Shown here: positions 51,252 through 64,000 of the stretch, one piece after another
How the letters are laid out: each line of letters starts with the position of its first letter
How positions within the stretch are numbered: the stretch's first letter is position 1
From: Paramecium tetraurelia
Lineage: Eukaryota
Length of the DNA stretch: 64,000 bases
NCBI GenBank assembly: GCA_000165425.1
Contig: CT868678.1
Span: forward strand, 62,001-126,000
Direction: 5' to 3'
Notes under the pieces: generated by a model
Told to the model about the DNA's origin: nothing
What the model saw: the letters and a program-made list of their open reading frames with translations, nothing else
Databases searched by the model: none
Position numbers and translations under genes: made by a program

Positions 51252-52419
51252 TCATTATTCTTTCTTGTTTTTCTTAAGGGTCTAATATCTGAGTTCATTA
51301 TCTTCAACCTAATCGTTATAAAAAGTAAATGATTATTTTCTGCTCCTTTATCCTTCATTCTCTTATTATTATTGTTATTTTTACTCCTACAATTCTGACT
51401 CTTATGTTTTTTCATCCTTCTTAGGTACATCTATCAGATCAGATAGGCTCAATTTCCTATTATTGATATACTTCTGATTTCTTGCCCTAATATTTGAAAG
51501 AATCAATACATAATGAAGTGAAAGAAGGATTCATCAGTTCCAGGTCTTGATTCTTCATTTATTAAATTATTGACTTTTGATTACTATGAGTTTTCTGATT
51601 GAATTTATTGTGGTTGCTATTACTTTTAAGATTGTTGTTATTCGATTTGATTTACTTCAGCTATTGACTAGTATGCATTTTGGATTTATTCAATAGCTAT
51701 AATTTGATCTTTCTCTTTGTTTAAATCACATATTTCTTTAATTAAATCATCTGGGTAGTTTCGATCAACAATTTCTTGTATTTTTTTTTGCAGTTTATTT
51801 TGTTATTATTAATATTTAGTGACTTGATCCATAGTATTCTGATAATGCTGACAAGAATCGGGTAGATTAAGATCGAGTATTCCCTGTTGTAATTATGTCT
51901 TAACCTATTATTATTGTTGTTGCAGTAATAACTGATTGCACTCTATTTGCATTGAATCTAAATTCCCTTGAATTTCATCATCGGAAATATCTAAATATAA
52001 AATGTAAAAGATATTTGTGTTACCATTAATAGACCCTGTCCTTTATCTTCTTTATGTCTAATCGCCTTCTGTGAAGTTGTGGAATCGTTTATTCTCGAAA
52101 ATCTGCTTAATTTCTGAACTCTTAAGACCATTAAATTATTTGTTAAATTCCTTCTCTAATCTATTGAAAAACTTTTGTGCATGAGATCTTGATTCAAAAT
52201 ATGAAAATACCTTATTTGGGCACCACTTCTAGTACCAACATATTCTTCTACCTTTTTCCAATTCTTCCCATGAATACTCAGAGCCTCTACAAATCTTTAA
52301 TGTTCATCTTTTGTCCACCTTCCCTAAACGGCTTCCCCCTATACTATCACTTATGTTAAAATTGCTACTTCGCTATCTTCAAAAGACCTTGACTATTTCC
52401 TCTTACTAGTTTATGCCAT
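51252..52419 (-). CDS. Single-repeat Myb transcription factor (SHAQKYF class)
   Basis: GRWTKDEHQRFVEALSIHGKNWKKVEEYVGTRSGAQIRSHAQKFF, with an intron inside IR; Q-rich C-terminus. TGA 51252-51254. Confidence 0.92.
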
Positions 52420-52450
52420 TTTAGGTAAATTTATTTATATAAATATTAAT

Positions 52451-54310
52451 TCATTATTATCTGTCATTCTATTTTATATTTAATTCATTCGATTATTATT
52501 AATTATGAGATTTTTACTGGGGAGGCACATAAACCAATTCATAAGATTCCCTTAAATACTTTTCATCATCATTCTAATCTGTTTCTGTCTCTTCTGTTTC
52601 CACAACTGGCTTTTCCTACTTATAATTCCTCTTCATATCATGTCTTCCCTTATAAAACTTCTACAGATGTTCTTCCTTCTTATTTCTCCTCTCCATAATC
52701 TACTTCTTCTTTTCCTCATCCTTCTGATTGTTCAATCTTTGTTATTGTTTTTCCTTCTTAATTTTTTTCTCTGCCTCAATAAAATCAGTTTTAGATCTTA
52801 ACAAGAATTGCAATTTAGATTCTGACAAGTCAATCACTATTTTCTCTAATTACTATATATTCTAATTTTTATTACATTAATAACTTATTTAATGACTTTT
52901 GAGTCAATCTACAACCTCTTTCCCATAATATCTTAATTTTTGGTTGCCTCCTATTAGATTTCAATGATTTTCTTTCCAATTTTATCCATATCCAAATCTT
53001 CTCCTTCTGCAAATTACAATTTTGTTTGATCCACCTTTTCCTAATCCTTCAATTAATTTTATATCTTCAATTACGCTTTCAGTTTCCTTTCCTCTGCTTT
53101 CAACATCTCTAAATGTTCATCCTATTCATTTTTTAGTTTTTATTCCAATTTCTCCAATTCCCTCTTCTTCTATTCAATATCTTCCTCAGCATCCCTTTGA
53201 TTTTAGATGTTTCTCAAATTACCCTCTTCAATATTATTTAAAATCTCTATAACCAAATCAGCCATCCTCTCTTACTGTCTTTCTGCTTCAATTTACTCCT
53301 AAGTTTACTTCTGTTCTTCCCTCTAATCTACTCCAGTAACAAAGAATTAGTTCTTCTATTCACTCTATTAATTAGAAAATAAGTTGATATCCTTCTTCTC
53401 AAACTCTGAAAACTTAGTTTTATATGTATCCTAAATTCATTATAAGACTTAGAATTACCTTAATCTTCTCTAAGAATTGTCTATATTTATCTAGTTTTTC
53501 AAATTCTTCTCCATATTTTGTCTTCTATAACTTCAATCTATCAATTTGAGCTAATATTTTGGCCACTTCAGTCTTGACTTCATCTTTCTTTTTTGCCTCT
53601 CTATCAGCTTAATAAGCAGCCTAATCTGCTTGGAATTTCACTTCATTCATGAACTTTTTCACCAATTCACAATCATTTTTAAAATATAATCTTCTTGCTC
53701 TTAATGATTCCTGTTCATTCTTTATAAAATCCTCAAGTCTTTCGGTTTCTTCCTTCTTAGTCATAATATTTAAATTAGCCAAACATATTTCTCTTTTTTT
53801 TTCAATGAAATCCGTAATTGTTTCTCTCTTTTCTCTTAAAATTGATTTAATTCTATATTTTTTCTTCTTCATTTCCTACAATTCATAGTCCTTCTTTTTA
53901 TCCTCTTTTCCATAGATAGTTTTCCTAGCTTCATCATCTCTGTATTCCATCAATTTTGGATTAAAATGTTTGATATGCTGAGCTATTTCATCAATTTTCT
54001 GTGGCTAATTAGGATCTCTCATTTTGGCTTCATTGACAAACATCTCATCTCTCTCCTGTGCTAATTTATTTGCTATAGTGAATAGAACTCAATTTGTACT
54101 TTGATCTTCTAATTTTTATAACAGTCCAAATCGTGTTGATTTGGCACTAGTTTGATATAATTTTTAAGTGTGCGGAACTTGTTTTTGTTCTTCATCGTCG
54201 TCATTATATCCTGAATTACGTTCCTTTTCCAACTTTTAGAGAAACTTTTTGGAATCCAACTCAAATTGAAATGGATTTTCTTCATATGTTTATTATTATG
54301 CAAAATTCAT
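52451..54310 (-). CDS. CFAP100/CCDC38-like (DUF4200) ciliary coiled-coil protein
   Basis: ETITDFIEKKREICLANLNIMTKKEETERLEDFI and later IFSNQQSEQKN-type segments; coiled coil throughout. ATG 54310, TGA 52451-52453. Confidence 0.75.
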
Positions 54311-54490
54311 ATTAAATAAATAAAAAATAATTAAGAAAATTAGAATTTGTATAGCAATTCTATATTCTCAATAGAATGATTACAAGAATGCAGTAAAGAC
54401 ATATGAAATGTATAAATTGGGAAATTAGAAATTTGTCTAAAAAATAATCAATTTTTAAGAATAAATATTTTAATTTAACTGCTAATAAAA

Positions 54491-56629
54491 ATGTCTAATT
54501 AACCATTTCAAGTATATTTGAGAATCAAACCTTTATTAGAGAGCAGGTAAAAAGTGCATGCTTATTCATTTAGTACAGAAACTTTAATTGAAGATTTGAA
54601 TGACAATAGAATTGTAATAAGAAAAGATGGTAAAAGTAGTAAATCCTTTGTATTCGACAAGATATTCAGTGGTGTTCAAAATAATGAGGATATTTTTGAT
54701 CAATCATTAAGAGTATATATATATTAAAATAACAGCATAATCTGGATCACTTTGTTGAAGGTTACAACACAACAATTTTAGCATACGGAATTACTGGTTC
54801 AGGTAAATCTCACACTATTTTCGGAAACGAAAAAGACGAAGGATTGTCATTTAAATGCATAAACTATTTGGTGAACAGAATGAAGTACATGAGGTTAGTA
54901 AGCTGAATATTAATTGTTAGTCCAGAAGCTAATGTCTCAATGGAAATGAGTTTTATCGAAGTCTACAATGAAACTATTCGAGATTTGATGTCAGACTAGC
55001 CAAAACCTCTCATGATTATGCAAGACAATCAAAAGGGGTCCTATATTCAAGGCCTATAAACAATTAAAATTAACAGCATAAATGATGTATTGTATTGTAA
55101 AACTTACCATTAGGTCAAAGAAGGTATAAACATCGCCAATTAAAATCGGAGTTTAGCCTAAACCATATACAATGTGTATTCGTCAAGATCACATGCATTA
55201 ATATAATTTAACTTATCTTATTGTTTTGAAGGGTATAATTATGAGTATTCTATCATTAGATAAACCATTACACCAAAACTCTTTATAGTTGATCTAGCTG
55301 GATCGGAACGTGTCTATTAGGATCAAAAGAGTAAGAATCAATAGGAGGGTTCAAATATCAATAGATCACTTTTAGCCTTGAGCAATTGTTTGACTATCTT
55401 GTCTGACAAATCAAAGAAAAATCAGCATATTCCATATAGAAACTCAAAATTAACCAGATTGCTACAGGATTCTTTGGGTGGAAATACTAGAACTATAATG
55501 ATCTCTTGCATATAGTAAAATAAATGTCAATATGATGAAATATTAAACACTCTTTAATATAGTAGCAGAGCCACTCAAATAAAGAAGTAAGTGTAAAAAT
55601 CTTTGCATCAATAAATAAGTGAGGAAAAGATCATGATTCCTTCAAATATCAACGATTCTGAGATGAGTACTAAACAGTTGTATTTAACTAAAATCTACAA
55701 TGACATTTACAGTAATATTGAAGAGTATCACGAAATTAATAATTCGCTTATTGAAATACAAAACAATATTCTTTAGAATCAGTATCAAATAGAGGAAATC
55801 TATTCTATGAGTTTGTAAAATAATCTAAATTCAATAAATGACGATTAAATGTATCATAATCTAATGATTGCTCAAAAATAAAATCAGGAAATCGAATAAT
55901 AATTACAAAATGCGTTAAAAGTCAATTTAAAATAAAAGCAACTTCAGAAATCCCTATTGCTTCAAATAACAGAGGAATAATAATAATACATAGATTATTG
56001 GAAAATCAAGTATGAGGAATCACAAAAAGAAATATCTGACTTGAAATAAGTTCTATGCACAAAAGTATAATCATATTATAATTATCATCTAGAATGAGGA
56101 TATAAATTCAAAGGAATCCTAAATATAATCTTAGTAATTATTGTTAGAATAAATAAAGACTAAAAATCCATCCTTATATACAACTAATAATGACTCTGAC
56201 TGCTCATATCCTTCATCATTTGCCTCATCTACAAGTACTTCGTAAATCAAAAAGAAATCATCGTTAACTCATCTAAACATTCAAAACACTTTATCCTAAT
56301 AATCCTAATTATTTGACATGATCGATCGACCAAGATTTTCAAACTTATCTCATATAAAGTAAATACTGGCATCTAGAGAACGTTCTCCAGTAAATTCAAT
56401 ATTCAGATAATCTCCAATCAGATCCCCTTTAAGAAAAAAACCATCAATTCGAAATATTAGTAACCTCATCATTTAATCCTTAGCCTCTATATCGAAAGTA
56501 GAACAATCAGAGATCTCTTAGATTTCCTCAATAAAAAAATCCAGACTTATTAATGATCCATAAATAACAACTATCAACCTATACGGAAGTCAGTACATAA
56601 ACTTGATAGACAAAGAAAATATTTCATGA
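54491..56629 (+). CDS. Kinesin motor protein, kinesin-8-like
   Basis: [81 protein letters not shown] 56627-56629. Confidence 0.92.
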
Positions 56630-57300
56630 TATTATTATTTTATAACTTAAATAAGCAAAGCATATTGTAAATCATGTATCTTTTGAAGTTAAATTGAGCT
56701 ATCGACAACACTCCCTTTTGATGGAGACAGAGTATTGAAGATTTAAACAGTTAATAATTTAATTAATATATACAGGTCTGTTGTTTATTCTGAATATAAT
56801 GAAATTTAAAAAAATATAATGATTTGTCCTATAGGTTAATTATATTAATTATGGATTCTATAATTTACAACATTAAGCATTTACTAATCAAGAAAAATCA
56901 AGTAAATTTATAATAAAATCTGAATCACAAAAGTTAGACGAAAATTTAAATCGTCTTTTATGGATTATAAATAATTAAAAATTTTATAAATTCTAATATT
57001 GTATAAGAATTAATATGTTATATTAAAACTGGGTTCTCTTCTTCTAATTTTTCATTTCTTTCTGCCTTATATATAATTTTAACCTCTTACTATGCAAACA
57101 TGTAATATTCTTATTTTATATCTCCATAATTTAGAATTTTCTTTAAAAGGAAGAATATTAGGAGTAATTTGTTGACAGAACTAATTCCTCGGTTTAAAAT
57201 AGAAAATATTTCAAAAGTTTAAAAGGGATATGACTAGATATTAATGTAAGCATTCTTAATCGCATGGAATCGCTTAAATTATCAAATAATTAAATAATAA

Positions 57301-58011
57301 ATGAATAGTAGCTCAAAAATAAGAAAGGGCTCTCGTAATATGAAGTATGAGTATAAGTTTCACCTTAGGTACAAGAAGATATCACATGAGTAAAGAACTT
57401 AAATAATTAATGAGTTAACAAAGAATGGAAAGACACTTAAAGAAGTAAATACATGAATATTTTAGTATAGGTTTCTGAAGAAACTCATTTGAAACCCTCT
57501 ACTGTCAAAGCTATATTGTAAGTCTATCTCAAAGAAGGAAGAATTGGTAAGAAGTCCACTCGAGATAGAAAAGTGAAATTGTTAAATACGACAGTAATTG
57601 CCTTGATTGATAAAACCAAGTAATATCTATATATCTAAGTGATTCAAAAGAAATAGTGACTATGCCATGGAGAATCTTTAATTTATTCACCCTATGATCA
57701 AAATAAACTAATAGTCTTCTGAAATATCACATAATGGTTAGACGCTGACTGAGACCCAATAAAAGCTAGATTAATACTCAAAATCACTAATGATGACTCA
57801 GGTGAAAGACTTCCTGAGGGAAAAGAAACAAGAGATATTAGAACAACTTGTAAATCCATTGGCAAAACAGAATTTTCTTAATTAACTTGCCCAATTTGAA
57901 GTTGCTGACTAATTGCCCTTTTAAGAATTAAAAAAAGAGCATTTATAAGCTGAAGATGAACAATTAGTAGAAAAAATCACTTAACATCTAAAATCAAAAG
58001 TGAAACTATGA
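57301..58011 (+). CDS. Small protein with a Tc1/mariner-like helix-turn-helix domain
   Basis: After two tiny introns: YKKISHEQRTQIINELTKNGKTLKEVSEETHLKPSTVKAILQVYLKEGRIGKK, then a Q-rich tail. TGA 58009-58011. Confidence 0.7.
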
Positions 58012-58040
58012 TTTTATAAATACATATATTTTTCTATAAA

Positions 58041-64000
<5,960 letters not shown>

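Noticed and set aside
54376..54490. Upstream ATG at 54376 as the kinesin start
   Set aside because: ATG 54491 gives [14 protein letters not shown], directly at the start of the motor domain and after a typical A-rich leader.
20215..56629. Apparent cluster of ciliary genes (CFAP115-like, NEK, MNS1, CFAP100-like, kinesin-8)
   Set aside because: They are interspersed with unrelated genes, and ciliary genes are common in ciliate genomes; enrichment cannot be shown without statistics.

Overview
Gene-dense, AT-rich ciliate macronuclear DNA, most likely Paramecium. TAA/TAG read as Gln, TGA is the only stop, and genes carry 20-32 nt GT..AG introns, so the supplied standard-code ORF track is fragmented and many of its ORFs are spurious. 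Retranslated with the ciliate code, the window holds about 28 loci: the 3' part of an adenylyl cyclase, an ABCC transporter, a Vps8-like protein, a MORN protein, a full-length major vault protein, a frameshifted histone H1-like gene, an NT-C2/coiled-coil protein, an acyl-protein thioesterase, an Fe/Mn-SOD pseudogene, an 8-repeat EF-hand protein (CFAP115-like), an NBR1-like protein, a 7TM receptor fused to a degenerate PIP-kinase domain, a NEK kinase, MNS1, a ~1830-aa Cys-rich multi-TM surface protein, a pseudokinase, a tandem-CBM20 glucan phosphatase, a cytochrome b5 desaturase, a SHAQKF Myb factor, CFAP100-like, a kinesin-8-like motor, a Tc1-like HTH protein, the 3' part of a BEACH protein and several hypotheticals. 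The most unusual items are the GPCR-pseudo-PIPK fusion, the vault gene, the double-CBM20 phosphatase with a SEX4-like active site, and several decaying or frameshifted genes. No RNA genes, CRISPR arrays or intact transposons were seen. All calls come from manual translation and motif recognition; no searches were run.
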